Below, one piece after another: positions 8,518-18,000 of a stretch of DNA of 33,447 nucleotides. Numbering within the stretch: position 1 is the first letter of the stretch; each line of letters starts with the position of its first letter. The translations under genes and the position numbers were made by a program. The stretch comes from an uncultured Rickettsiales bacterium. GTDB taxonomy: Bacteria > Pseudomonadota > Alphaproteobacteria > Rickettsiales > JACKKO01. Below the pieces are notes generated by a model. That model was given only the letters and a program-made list of their open reading frames with translations, was not told where the DNA came from and ran no database searches. The stretch is taken from the NCBI GenBank assembly GCA_964644885.1, contig CAZXYG010000020.1:1-33447 (forward strand), written 5' to 3'.

Positions 8518-9843
8518 CTAGTCGCGTTCAAACGTCTTAATAATATCGGCGGCACGCAAGCTTGAGGGTGAATTTTCCGGCTGGTATTGTTTTACCAATG
8601 CGGTATATCTTTCTACATCCTCCTTATTGCCTAGCAGAACCGCTTCCTCGGCCAAAGCCAGATACGATTGGCCAAGCTTGCCATCCCGGCCATAAGCAAC
8701 GGCGAGCTGCCGCCACGCCGGCGCGTTTCTGGCCTCCTTTACCAGCACTTTCTCCAGATGCCTGATGGACTCCTTGATGGCCTGGGGCGTTTCAACGGCC
8801 AGCAACGCAACCGCAAGGCCGAGGCGCATCTGGGGCGAAGCAGGATTGAGCGCTACCGCCTTGCGGTAGGAAACAATGGCGTCTTCTACTTTTCCATGCT
8901 CAAACAACACCTGCCCTTTGAGTTCATGCAGATACGGATTAGCCGCGCGTTCCTTGATCAGCCCATTCAGCTCCCTAAGCGCATGATCCAAATCCGGCAT
9001 GCGGTAATAGGCGATGGCCCGCGCATAGCGGGCGGCGAAACTCGCATCCGCCTCCGGCCATTCCTTGAGCGTTTCCTTAGGCGGATCGAGAAACGCCTTA
9101 AGCTTGGCGCGGATGCGTTGATGACGCGCCTTGAGCGCCGCGGAGGTGGGAGTATCGAGTGTCGGATTCTGTTCCAGGCGATTGCGGATGGTCGCAATGC
9201 GTTCGCTGGATAGCGGGTGCGTCTGCGCATAAGGATTCACCTTGCCGTAAAGCAGGCGCTCTTCTTTCGCCAGTGTCTCAAGCAAAGCCAGCAATCCCCG
9301 CGGCGAAACACCTATAGCCTCCAGAATGCGAAGCGCCGCCTGATCGGCAGCTTCCTCATGGTTGCGCGTATGGGCGAGCATGGCGCGTTCAGCAATATGC
9401 GTACCGCCCGAAATAATCGCCTGTCCGGCAGCCGGCGCGCCCGCCGCCACCGAGGCAATGCCGATCAGGTAAGATAACGCGGCGCCAACGCCCACCTTTT
9501 CCTGTTCATTCTGTATGCGCGCCAAATGCCCGCCTTCAATATGCCCCGCCTCGTGCGCCAACACGCCAAGTATCAGATTCGGATCATCGGACTCGTTAAT
9601 CAATCCGGTGTGAATAAACATATTCATGCCACCCGCCACATAGGCATTAAGCACGGGGTCGTTGACAATATAAATGCGCACATTATCCGGATGCAATCCC
9701 GCGGCTTTGAATACAGGCGCCGTAATATCCTTCAGATAGCGTTCGATCTCATCGTCGCGGATAAGATTGATCGCCCACGCCGTGCCGCCGCAGGAAAACC
9801 AGAGCACCATCCATAACGCCAGCACCCTCACCCACGCCGTCAT
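8518..9843 (-). CDS. M48-family zinc metalloprotease with C-terminal TPR domain (BepA/YfgC-like)
   Basis: The signal peptide is MTAWVRVLALWMVLWFSCGGTAWA. The HExxH motif occurs in LAHEAGHIEGGH. The C-terminal half is TPR-like (AIAYYRMPDLDHALRELNGL.., AIVSYRKAVALNP). The ATG overlaps the nadC stop (ATGA). Confidence 0.85.
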   Translation of the reverse strand: MTAWVRVLALWMVLWFSCGGTAWAINLIRDDEIERYLKDITAPVFKAAGLHPDNVRIYIVNDPVLNAYVAGGMNMFIHTGLINESDDPNLILGVLAHEAGHIEGGHLARIQNEQEKVGVGAALSYLIGIASVAAGAPAAGQAIISGGTHIAERAMLAHTRNHEEAADQAALRILEAIGVSPRGLLALLETLAKEERLLYGKVNPYAQTHPLSSERIATIRNRLEQNPTLDTPTSAALKARHQRIRAKLKAFLDPPKETLKEWPEADASFAARYARAIAYYRMPDLDHALRELNGLIKERAANPYLHELKGQVLFEHGKVEDAIVSYRKAVALNPASPQMRLGLAVALLAVETPQAIKESIRHLEKVLVKEARNAPAWRQLAVAYGRDGKLGQSYLALAEEAVLLGNKEDVERYTALVKQYQPENSPSSLRAADIIKTFERD

Positions 9844-10709
9844 GACGCCCGATCCATTCCTATATCGATGGCAGCCGCCGAATGCGTGAGGGCGCCCACC
9901 GAAATATAATCCACCCCGGTTTCGGCGATTGCCGCCGCATTGAGGAGCGTCACGCCACCGGAAGCTTCGAGTTCCGTGCGATGCGCCACAAGACGCACCG
10001 CCTTACGCATGACTGGAAGCGCCATATTATCGAGTAGAATACGCTGCACTTCTGTTTTCAGAGCCTCTTCAACCTGCGCAAGCGTATCACACTCCACCGC
10101 CACCGTCATCCCGGGAGGCGCTTGGCTTTTGCCTCGGCGAACAGCTTCCCGGAGGCCGCCGCATAGCGCAATATGGTTATCCTTGATCAGAATCCCGTCA
10201 TCGAGACGCATGCGATGATTCCTGCCGCCCCCAACCGCCACGGCATATTTTTCGAGAACGCGCAAACCAGGCGTGGTTTTCCGCGTATCAAGAATTTGTG
10301 CTTTCGTATGTTGCACCGCTGCCACATACCGTGACGTAAGCGTGGCAATACCGCTGAGGCGCTGAATGATATTAAGCGCTACCCGCTCGCCGGTTAGAAT
10401 GGCGCGGGCGGCGCCACGAACCCTCATCAGTGGCGTCCCTTTGGCCACACGATCGCCCTCCCGCACATTGTCTTCCACGCAAAGCGTTTCATCAAGCATT
10501 GCAAACATCCGGCGCACAATATCCATTCCGCAAATAACCCCAGATTGCCTTGCCACGAGCGCCATCCTGGCCATCGTCTTATCTGAAATTACGGCGGCTG
10601 TCGTCACGTCGCCGCAGCCGATATCCTCGGCGAGCGCCATGCTAAGAATGCGCGTGACTTCCTGCGGGTCGGGCAACATAGGATGATTTTTTATGTACTT
10701 AGTCTCCAT
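9840..10709 (-). CDS. nadC: Nicotinate-nucleotide pyrophosphorylase (quinolinate phosphoribosyltransferase)
   Basis: The length (289 aa) and motifs fit NadC: ALAEDIGCGDVTT, LTGERVALNIIQRLSGIAT, ILDTRKTTPGLR, KYAVAVGGGRNHRMRLDD, LLDNM. An alternative start is M11 (10679). Confidence 0.9.
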   Translation of the reverse strand: METKYIKNHPMLPDPQEVTRILSMALAEDIGCGDVTTAAVISDKTMARMALVARQSGVICGMDIVRRMFAMLDETLCVEDNVREGDRVAKGTPLMRVRGAARAILTGERVALNIIQRLSGIATLTSRYVAAVQHTKAQILDTRKTTPGLRVLEKYAVAVGGGRNHRMRLDDGILIKDNHIALCGGLREAVRRGKSQAPPGMTVAVECDTLAQVEEALKTEVQRILLDNMALPVMRKAVRLVAHRTELEASGGVTLLNAAAIAETGVDYISVGALTHSAAAIDIGMDRAS

Positions 10710-10771
10710 GAGATGCTAGACCAAATATAGTAAAAAAAGATAGAATTCTACTCTACATATAGTATTTTTCG

Positions 10772-10966
10772 ATGAAATGGACAGATATTCGTGATATCGC
10801 TATTGCGTTGGAGGAACAGTATCCTGACATCGATAATGTCAATTTACGTTTTACGGACCTTCACCGCTGGATCACGCAGCTTAAAGGGTTTGATGACGAT
10901 CCCGCAAAATCCAACGAGCGGTTGCTTGAGGCGGTGCAGATGGCTTGGATTGAGGAGCGAAACTGA
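10772..10966 (+). CDS. iscX: Fe-S cluster assembly protein IscX (YfhJ family)
   Basis: The 64-aa acidic protein reads MKWTDIRDIAIALEEQYPDIDNVNLRFTDLHRWITQLKGFDDDPAKSNERLLEAVQMAWIEE. From memory it aligns along its length with E. coli IscX (KWTD..I...L....PD.D....RFTD.H.W......F.DDP..SNE..LEAI...W..E). Confidence 0.8.
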   Translation: MKWTDIRDIAIALEEQYPDIDNVNLRFTDLHRWITQLKGFDDDPAKSNERLLEAVQMAWIEERN

Positions 10967-12103
10967 ATGAAAATCGACCGTACATGTCGCTTGGTATTTG
11001 CATGTTTTGTTATTGCCCCTTTACTCGCGGGATGCCTGCGCTTCAGCCTTGAAACTTTACAAAAAACTACGCCGGCGGGCACGCCTTTCCAAAAAGCTCT
11101 GACGCGGGAATATCAGCGTCTTTCCGAGAAGGAAGCCGCGCTTTACGATTGGGTGGAGGCCGAGCATTTTGCCCGAAAAGGCTTGCGCGCCGCTGGCGGG
11201 GAAGCCGTAGCGCCGGATGATCCCGAAAATCGCAGCATCGCGGATACCATGCTGTCTTCCGTAATGGAAGCGCGGCGGCAGCTTATCTCCATCGTGACAG
11301 ATGCTGTGAAAGAAAAACATCCGCAAGAATCCGCCCAAGCGCAGGCCGCCTATGAATGCTGGATCGAAGAACTGGAAGAAGAGTGGCAGATTGAGCATAT
11401 TACCGCCTGCCGCGATGACTTCTTCGCTCTCATCAATCTTTTAAGCCTGGAAACAGAAGAGGAAAAGAGCGCGGCAAAGGCCGATGAGAGAGGGAATGCG
11501 GCGCAAAAGGAAAAGGCAAGTAAACCGGCAAGTGAGGTACAACCCAAGAAAAGCGAAACGCCAAAAGCTCCTGTGCCCGCCTTAAAACCGGAAGAAAAAA
11601 CGCAAAAACCTGCCAACCATACAGTAGAAGAGGTGAAAAAAACCTCAGCGCTTCCCATCATAACGCAAACGCCGGAGGAGAAAAAAGAACCTGCTATCCA
11701 AGATGATAGTGCAAAAAAAGCAAGAAAGGCCCGCCATCCGGCACAAGAAAAGCCTGCCGCGTCCAAAAGCGATTCGCAGGTCAGTTACGAGGTCTATTTC
11801 GATGTCAACAGCACCGAAATTACAGAGGCCGCGCATAATATAATCGATCAGATCGTCCGCGCTTATAAGGATACCGACAACAAGGTTATTCTCAACGGCT
11901 ATACGGATCATGCCGGCAACCCGCGTTATAATCTGACGCTATCCAAGCTGCGCGCGATCGCCGTGAAACGTGAATTGGAACGGCAAGGCTTTCCCCCCGA
12001 ACGCCTCTCGCTGTTCGCTTTTGGAGAGCAAGACGTTAAGGAAGAAAACGGCAACGGAAAAGAAAAAAAGCAGTCCCGGCGCGTGCATATTATCATCGAA
12101 TAG
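10967..12103 (+). CDS. OmpA-family (peptidoglycan-binding) lipoprotein with a long Lys/Glu/Pro-rich linker
   Basis: The lipobox is VIAPLLAGC. The C-terminal OmpA_C-like domain reads VILNGYTDHAGNPRYNLTLSKLRAIAVKRELERQG...RRVHIIIE. The ATG immediately follows the iscX TGA (tgaATG). Confidence 0.85.
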   Translation: MKIDRTCRLVFACFVIAPLLAGCLRFSLETLQKTTPAGTPFQKALTREYQRLSEKEAALYDWVEAEHFARKGLRAAGGEAVAPDDPENRSIADTMLSSVMEARRQLISIVTDAVKEKHPQESAQAQAAYECWIEELEEEWQIEHITACRDDFFALINLLSLETEEEKSAAKADERGNAAQKEKASKPASEVQPKKSETPKAPVPALKPEEKTQKPANHTVEEVKKTSALPIITQTPEEKKEPAIQDDSAKKARKARHPAQEKPAASKSDSQVSYEVYFDVNSTEITEAAHNIIDQIVRAYKDTDNKVILNGYTDHAGNPRYNLTLSKLRAIAVKRELERQGFPPERLSLFAFGEQDVKEENGNGKEKKQSRRVHIIIE

Positions 12104-12160
12104 CCGCTTTCATGGAGCGCCTTTTGCTGCAGTCTGGGCTCCGATATTGAATGCTGACGT

Positions 12161-13609
12161 ATGACTAATTTCGGTCCCATTTTCCTTATCATCGGCACAT
12201 TGCTCGCCGTATTGGCGGCGGCAATGTTGCTGCCGGCTTGGATCGATTATTATGTCGGCAACTCCGATTGGGTGAATTTTCTGATTTCCGCGTTTTTCAC
12301 TGGCTTCGTTGGCGGCGCGCTGATCCTTACCAATCAGGGGAAAGCCGCAACCATCACCCTCAAGCAGACCTTCATTCTCACTACTCTTTCATGGATTGTG
12401 GTTGTGGTGTTCGCGGCTCTGCCCATGAGCCTGGCCGATATCGGCCTCAGTTATACCGACGCCTTCTTTGAAGCCATGTCGGGCGTTACCACAACCGGCG
12501 CCACGGTTATTGTCGGGCTTGATCAAGCGCCGCCCGGCATCCTGCTGTGGAGAGCGTTACTTCAAGGGCTGGGCGGCATGGGAATCATCGTTTTTGCTCT
12601 CGCGATTTTGCCGATGTTGAAAATCGGCGGGATGCAATTATTCCGCGCCGAGTCCTCCGACCGTTCGGAGAACGTGCTGCCGCGCGCAAAGCAGCTTGCC
12701 GCCGCTTTGAGCGGTGTGTACATCCTTCTTACCGCAGCCTGCACCTTTTGCCTGTGGCTAGCGGGGATGGATTGGTTCGACGCCATATGCCATGCACCGG
12801 CGGCGGTTTCCACAGCCGGCCTCTCCACCCATGACGCCTCGATAGGTTATTACAACAGTATTCCCATTGAGGTAGTGACAAGTCTGTTCATGCTTCTTGG
12901 CGGGTTGCCTTTCGCAATCTACATTCAGGCAATGCGCGGCAGACCGCTGGCACTGTGGCGGGATACGCAGGTGCGTTGGTTCCTGGGCATTGTGTGTTTT
13001 TCCATTGCCACGCTGACGCTTTGGGTGCATTTCACGCAGCATATGCCTCTAGGCACAGCACTACGCCACACCTCGTTTAATATCATCTCCATCATCACCA
13101 CTACCGGCTTTACTAGCACAGACTATGGCCAATGGGGCGGTTTCGTCATGATGTACTTCTTCTTCTTTACGGTGATGGGCGGCTGCACCGGCTCCACCGC
13201 CGGCGGCATCAAGGTGTTCCGGCATCAGGTGCTGTTCGAGACGGCCAAGGTGCAGATCATGCGCCTGATCCAGCCGCACGGCGTGTTCCGCCCCGTCTAT
13301 AACGGCAAACCCATCGAGGAAACCACCATTAGCTCAGTGCTGAGTTTTTTTATCTTGTTCGCGTTTATTTTCCTGGTGTTTTCACTGCTGCTCGGACTCA
13401 CGGGACTTGACTTCATCACCAGCATGAGCGGCGTGGCGCAGGCCATGGCCAATACCGGCCCCGGGCTAGGAGATATCATTGGCCCGGCAGGTAACTACAG
13501 CAGCCTGAGCGACGCAGCAAAATGGATTCTTTCCGCCGCCATGCTGATCGGTCGCCTTGAAATCTTCACGGTTCTAGTACTGTTCTCGCCTCATTTCTGG
13601 CGACAGTAA
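12161..13609 (+). CDS. trkH: TrkH-family potassium uptake membrane protein
   Basis: The 482-aa protein is polytopic. It has repeated pore-loop signatures: SGVTTTGATV, VSTAGLST, ITTTGFTSTD and GGCTGSTAGGIKVFR. Confidence 0.9.
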   Translation: MTNFGPIFLIIGTLLAVLAAAMLLPAWIDYYVGNSDWVNFLISAFFTGFVGGALILTNQGKAATITLKQTFILTTLSWIVVVVFAALPMSLADIGLSYTDAFFEAMSGVTTTGATVIVGLDQAPPGILLWRALLQGLGGMGIIVFALAILPMLKIGGMQLFRAESSDRSENVLPRAKQLAAALSGVYILLTAACTFCLWLAGMDWFDAICHAPAAVSTAGLSTHDASIGYYNSIPIEVVTSLFMLLGGLPFAIYIQAMRGRPLALWRDTQVRWFLGIVCFSIATLTLWVHFTQHMPLGTALRHTSFNIISIITTTGFTSTDYGQWGGFVMMYFFFFTVMGGCTGSTAGGIKVFRHQVLFETAKVQIMRLIQPHGVFRPVYNGKPIEETTISSVLSFFILFAFIFLVFSLLLGLTGLDFITSMSGVAQAMANTGPGLGDIIGPAGNYSSLSDAAKWILSAAMLIGRLEIFTVLVLFSPHFWRQ

Positions 13610-13783
13610 ATCGGCTCTTTATTATCATTCTGAGAATTTTCTTCTTCAGATTGATAAAACACTTGTTTCCATGCCCAACGCAAAACATCAATACACTGAT
13701 ATATAACAACTTATTTCCATTCATTGGTTGGCATGCCTCTTGCAACTACTGATAGCACTCAATCACGCCACAGAAGGAGAAGT

Positions 13784-14149
13784 ATGCACACCAACGCACG
13801 CAGCGTCAGCATCACAGACCAGCATATCGGCGAACGCATTTTCAGTCTCAGGAGAACGCTGAACCTCACGCTGCAGGAACTGGCCGGGCGGCTCGGCATC
13901 ACTCATCAGCAACTCCAGAAATATGAAAAAGGCATTAACCGCATTTCAGCCAGCCGCCTTCTTGAAATCGCCCACGCCTTGAATGTGCCAATTGGTTATT
14001 TCTTGGATGGATTGAACGGCCATTCGCTGCAGGAAGAGGCTGAAAAAAAGATGACCAGCATGCGCATTATGGGCAGCTATCATAAAATCCCGGACGCCCT
14101 GCAGCGCGAGGCCGTGGCGCGCCTGATCGAAACGCTTGCGGCACAGTGA
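13784..14149 (+). CDS. XRE-family helix-turn-helix transcriptional regulator
   Basis: The HTH_XRE core is IGERIFSLRRTLNLTLQELAGRLGITHQQLQKYEKGINRISASRLLEIAHALNVPIGYF. ATG 13784 is preceded by AGGAGA. The track start at 13724 is a TTG. Confidence 0.8.
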   Translation: MHTNARSVSITDQHIGERIFSLRRTLNLTLQELAGRLGITHQQLQKYEKGINRISASRLLEIAHALNVPIGYFLDGLNGHSLQEEAEKKMTSMRIMGSYHKIPDALQREAVARLIETLAAQ

Positions 14150-14208
14150 AGCTTGCGCAACCGTCCTGAGCCTCCTATGATTCCCGCTTGAAATTGCGGA
14201 AATTATGA

Positions 14209-15969
14209 ATGGCTGATAACGATTCTTCTTCAAATTTTGCTCTCGTCCGGCGGCTATACCGCGATTATATCCGAGCACATATCCGGAAAATTGGGCTTGC
14301 CGCGCTGTGCATGGTGTTCGCCGCGGCGGCGACCGCAGCCAACGCCTGGCTGATGCAGCCCGTGCTTGACGAGATTTTTCTTAAGCGCGACGGCACGATG
14401 CTGTTCGTTATCCCGCTCGCCGTTTTCTTTGCCGCGCTGATCAAGGCCGGCGCTACTTACGGCCAGCACGTCACAATAAAAATTATCGGCCAGCGTGTTG
14501 TCACGGATATGCAGCTTGCGCTGTTCCGCCATCTGCTGCACGCCGATATCCTCACCTACACCGCACAGAGTTCCGGCCATCTCGTTTCGCGTTTTTCCAA
14601 CGATATTCAGGTCGTCCGCCGCCATCTGGGCAATGTGCTTGCCGCGCTGATGCGCGAAAGCGTAACATTGGTCTTCCTCGTCGGCCTGATGTTTTACCAG
14701 AGTTGGGAACTGGCGTTGATTGCCTTTGCCGCATTTCCCCTGGCCGTATGGCCCACGCTTCGACTCGGCAAGCGCATGCGCAAAGTAGCCGAGGCTACGC
14801 AGCGCGAGCTGGCCGATTACACCGCGCGGCTTGACGATACGTTTCAGGGCATTCGCATGGTCAAGGCTTATGGGCGCGAGGACGACGAAGCCAGTCGCGC
14901 GAGCGCGGTGATGGAGGGTATCTTTAACCTTTACACCAAAGCGGCGCGCATTGAATCCGCCGCCCCGCCAATCATGGAACTGCTGGCCGGGATCGCGATA
15001 GCCTCGGTCATTGGCTACGGCGGCTGGCAAGTGCTGCAGGGCGTCACCACGCCCGGCGCCTTCTTCTCCTTCATCGCCGCGCTCATCATGGCGTACAAAC
15101 CGATGAAAGGCCTTTCCGGCCTCAACGCCAATATGCAGGAGGCGCTCGCCGCCGCGCGACGCTTCTATGCCGCCATGGATGCCGCGCCCGCCATTCGTGA
15201 CATGCCGAAAGCCAAGCCGGTCGCCGGAAAATCATGGGATATTCTGTTTGAGAACGTGTCATTTCGCTATACCGAAGAAAAACCGGCGCTGAAAAATCTC
15301 TCCCTAAAGGTGCCGGAAGGAAATACCGTGGCGCTGGTGGGTCCGAGCGGCGCGGGCAAATCCACCCTCATGCATCTGCTGCTGCGCTTCTACGACCCGG
15401 ATAAAGGAGCTATTTACATCGGCGGACAGGACATCCGGCGCGTGACGCTTGCAAGTCTGCGCAACGCCATAGCCGTAGTGAGCCAGGAAGCCACGCTGTT
15501 TGACACCACCATCCGTGCCAACATCGCCTACGGCAAGCCGGGAGCGAGCGAAGAGGCAATGCTCAAGGCTTCCTACGCCGCCGCCGCGCATGATTTTATC
15601 GCCGCGCTGCCGGAGGGCTATGACACCATGGTAGGCCAGCACGGCGTGCGCCTATCCGGTGGCCAGCGCCAACGCATCGCCATCGCCCGCGCCATGCTCA
15701 AGGATGCGCCTATCCTGCTCCTGGACGAAGCGACTTCGGCGCTTGACAGCGCTTCGGAAAACCAGGTGCGGCAGGCCGTCGAGAAACTCATGGAAGGACG
15801 CACCACATTAGTGATCGCGCACCGGCTCTCCACGGTGATGAACGCCGATATCATCTCTGTCATAAAGGACGGCGCGGTAGTGGAAACCGGCACCCATAAA
15901 AAGCTCCTCGCCAAAGACGGCGAATACAGCGCGCTTTACAAACAGCAATGCGACTCTGCAGCAGCATAG
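14209..15969 (+). CDS. msbA: ABC transporter, fused permease/ATPase (MsbA-like lipid A exporter)
   Basis: A six-TM N-terminal half is followed by a nucleotide-binding domain. It has Walker A GPSGAGKST, the signature LSGGQRQR, and Walker B ILLLDEATSALD. The gene heads a DUF374-waaA-lpxK-lpxL cluster. Confidence 0.85.
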   Translation: MADNDSSSNFALVRRLYRDYIRAHIRKIGLAALCMVFAAAATAANAWLMQPVLDEIFLKRDGTMLFVIPLAVFFAALIKAGATYGQHVTIKIIGQRVVTDMQLALFRHLLHADILTYTAQSSGHLVSRFSNDIQVVRRHLGNVLAALMRESVTLVFLVGLMFYQSWELALIAFAAFPLAVWPTLRLGKRMRKVAEATQRELADYTARLDDTFQGIRMVKAYGREDDEASRASAVMEGIFNLYTKAARIESAAPPIMELLAGIAIASVIGYGGWQVLQGVTTPGAFFSFIAALIMAYKPMKGLSGLNANMQEALAAARRFYAAMDAAPAIRDMPKAKPVAGKSWDILFENVSFRYTEEKPALKNLSLKVPEGNTVALVGPSGAGKSTLMHLLLRFYDPDKGAIYIGGQDIRRVTLASLRNAIAVVSQEATLFDTTIRANIAYGKPGASEEAMLKASYAAAAHDFIAALPEGYDTMVGQHGVRLSGGQRQRIAIARAMLKDAPILLLDEATSALDSASENQVRQAVEKLMEGRTTLVIAHRLSTVMNADIISVIKDGAVVETGTHKKLLAKDGEYSALYKQQCDSAAA

Positions 15970-16682
15970 GCGTGACATTCTCTAAAACACTCCTCCGCCA
16001 AGCTTGGTTCCGCGCCGTGCTATGCCGGCTTATCGCATGGTATATCCGTTTTACGTTCCACTCTACGCGCTGGAGTTACGCCAATAAAGAGGTAATCGAT
16101 CGCGCTTTCACTGAAAAAAAGCCTGTTATATTTGCGTTCTGGCACGGCCAGTTGCTGCTCATGCCGCTGTTTGACCCCACGCCATGGCGTACGCATGTCA
16201 TCAGCTCCCGCCACCGCGACGGCGCGCTGATCGCGCGCGTCATACGGCGGCTTGGGCTGCGCGTGATCCACGGCTCCAGCAACCGCGCGGCGCGTGATCC
16301 AAAGGGCGCTAAGAACAGGGGCGGCACCGAAGCGCTGCGGCAGGCGGTGAAAGTCCTGAAGGCGGGCGATAATGTGGCGCTCACTCCGGACGGGCCGCAC
16401 GGCCCGGCGCGGAAAGTGCAGGGCACCATCATCGAAATCGCCAGGCTTTCCGGCGCGCCCATTCTGCCGATCGCGTACGCGACATCGTGGGGGCGGCAGC
16501 TAGACACATGGGATCGCTTTTGGTTGCCCTATCCTTTCGGCACAGGCTTGATGATATGCGGCGAACTCCTCGAGGTTCCGGCAGAGGCCAGCGAAATAAC
16601 CCGTCAAAAATCTGGAAAGACGCTCGAAAATCGGCTAAACGCAATAACGCTGGAGGCCCAACAACTCAAGGGCAATGACTAG
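15948..16682 (+). CDS. DUF374-family protein (lysophospholipid-acyltransferase-like, conserved partner of waaA)
   Basis: The motifs are FWHGQLLLMP, SRHRDGALIARVIRRLG and ALTPDGPHGPARKVQGTIIEIARLSGAPILP. The position between msbA and waaA fits this family. The ATG at 15948 overlaps the msbA end by 22 nt. An alternative start is GTG 15972. Confidence 0.7.
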   Translation: MRLCSSIGVTFSKTLLRQAWFRAVLCRLIAWYIRFTFHSTRWSYANKEVIDRAFTEKKPVIFAFWHGQLLLMPLFDPTPWRTHVISSRHRDGALIARVIRRLGLRVIHGSSNRAARDPKGAKNRGGTEALRQAVKVLKAGDNVALTPDGPHGPARKVQGTIIEIARLSGAPILPIAYATSWGRQLDTWDRFWLPYPFGTGLMICGELLEVPAEASEITRQKSGKTLENRLNAITLEAQQLKGND

Positions 16683-16716
16683 ACACTGCTAACAACGATC
16701 ATACGCAAACCGAACC

Positions 16717-18000
16717 GTGCTTCTTTTTTTCTATCGCTGGCTGACATCTTTCGCCGGGCCGCTGATTGCACTGTATCTCCGTTTCCGGCAATGGCGCGGC
16801 AAGGAAGATGCGGCGCGCTTGCGCGAACGGCTGGGCTATGCCGCACTCCCACGTCCCACAGGCCCTCTTGTCTGGATGCATGCCGCAAGCATAGGTGAGG
16901 CGGTTTCGGTATTGCCGCTGTTGCGCCTTATTCTCGAACAATACAAAAAACTCTCTATTATCGTTACCACCGGCACCGTTACCTCCTCCGGTCTTTTAGC
17001 AAGCAGATTGCCGCCGCGAGCCATGCATCAGTTTGTTCCGGTGGACGCACCTCGGCCTGTCAGGCGCTTTTTGCACCATTGGAAACCGGATCTCGCCTTA
17101 TTCGTCGAATCGGAATTATGGCCCAACATGATCACCGAAGCCGCACGCACTCATTGCACGTTACTGCTTATCAACGCCCGCATGTCGGCCACATCGCTGC
17201 AAACATGGAAACGGCTCCCTTCGCTTGCGCGGCGGATACTGTCCTGCTTCGCGCTCGCGCTCGCTCAGTCGGAGAAAGACAAAAGCCGGCTGGAAATGCT
17301 CGGCGCGCGCAATGTGCATTACCTCGGCAACTTGAAATTCGACGCGCCCGCCCTTCCCGCCGAGCCGAAGGAAATCGGCGCGCTCGTCCATGATGTTGCG
17401 GAACGCCCGCTATGGCTTGCCGCAAGCACGCACGAAGGCGAAGAAGCCATGGTCGCCGAAGTGCATAGCTTGTTGAAGGATAGCCACAAGAATCTACTGA
17501 CCATGATCGTACCCCGCCATCCTGAGCGCGGTTCTACGATAGCGGAGATATGCCGCCGGAAAGGACTCACAGTGGCGCAGCGTTCGCATGGCAAGCGCAT
17601 CCAGGATTCTACGGAAATGTATATCGCCGATACAATCGGAGAACTTGGCCTGTTCTACCGGCTTTCCCGCATTGCATTCATGGGCGGCTCACTGGTGCCG
17701 CATGGCGGGCAAAACCCGCTCGAGGCCGCGCGGCTCGAATGCGCTATTCTCAGCGGACCGCACACCGCGAATTTCGATGATGTCTATGATGCCATGATCC
17801 AAACCAACGCGGCGCTACGCGTACATTCCGCAATCGAACTCAGCGCGTCGGTATATCGCCTTCTTGCCGATAGCGCCTATCAACGCCAGCTTTCCACGCA
17901 TGCCCTGCACTTCGTGGAAAGCAGAGCAGGCACGACCAAAGCATTCCTCAAAGCCATCGAACCCCATCTCCAGGCGCTTGCCAATGCTCAGAGCGCCTGA
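16717..18000 (+). CDS. waaA: 3-deoxy-D-manno-octulosonic acid (Kdo) transferase
   Basis: GTG start. The motifs are WMHAASIGEAVSVLPL, ESELWPNMI and GGSLVPHGGQNPLEAA. Confidence 0.9.
   Translation: MLLFFYRWLTSFAGPLIALYLRFRQWRGKEDAARLRERLGYAALPRPTGPLVWMHAASIGEAVSVLPLLRLILEQYKKLSIIVTTGTVTSSGLLASRLPPRAMHQFVPVDAPRPVRRFLHHWKPDLALFVESELWPNMITEAARTHCTLLLINARMSATSLQTWKRLPSLARRILSCFALALAQSEKDKSRLEMLGARNVHYLGNLKFDAPALPAEPKEIGALVHDVAERPLWLAASTHEGEEAMVAEVHSLLKDSHKNLLTMIVPRHPERGSTIAEICRRKGLTVAQRSHGKRIQDSTEMYIADTIGELGLFYRLSRIAFMGGSLVPHGGQNPLEAARLECAILSGPHTANFDDVYDAMIQTNAALRVHSAIELSASVYRLLADSAYQRQLSTHALHFVESRAGTTKAFLKAIEPHLQALANAQSA

Noticed and set aside
11440-11780. Lys/Glu/Pro-rich low-complexity coding in the OmpA-family gene, and the basic C-terminal tails of tig ([17 protein letters not shown]) and clpX.
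   Set aside because: The bias is in composition only, with no DNA-level tandem periodicity. Such linkers and tails are common lineage-specific decorations, so they are not reported as repeats or findings.
14254-15030. Long antisense ORFs opposite well-supported genes. Examples are 14254..15030 (opposite msbA), 20465..21298 and 21418..22074 (tig/clpP), 22631..23050 and 23368..23889 (clpX), 29395..30183, 30391..31089, 31111..31827 and 31932..32801 (opposite the lipA, lpdA and pdhC block), and 2060..2741 (opposite tal).
   Set aside because: Their translations are low-complexity and Arg/His/Gly-rich with no recognisable motifs. Each is fully nested opposite a gene with strong family signatures. 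This is typical of GC-rich shadow ORFs.
16721-16731. A T7 homopolymer in the first codons of waaA, and a T8 run in arsR (20158..20165), considered as possible phase-variation tracts.
   Set aside because: The runs are short for slipped-strand switching. They encode plausible residues (LFF and KKK). waaA is usually essential. There is no evidence of variability in a single sequence.
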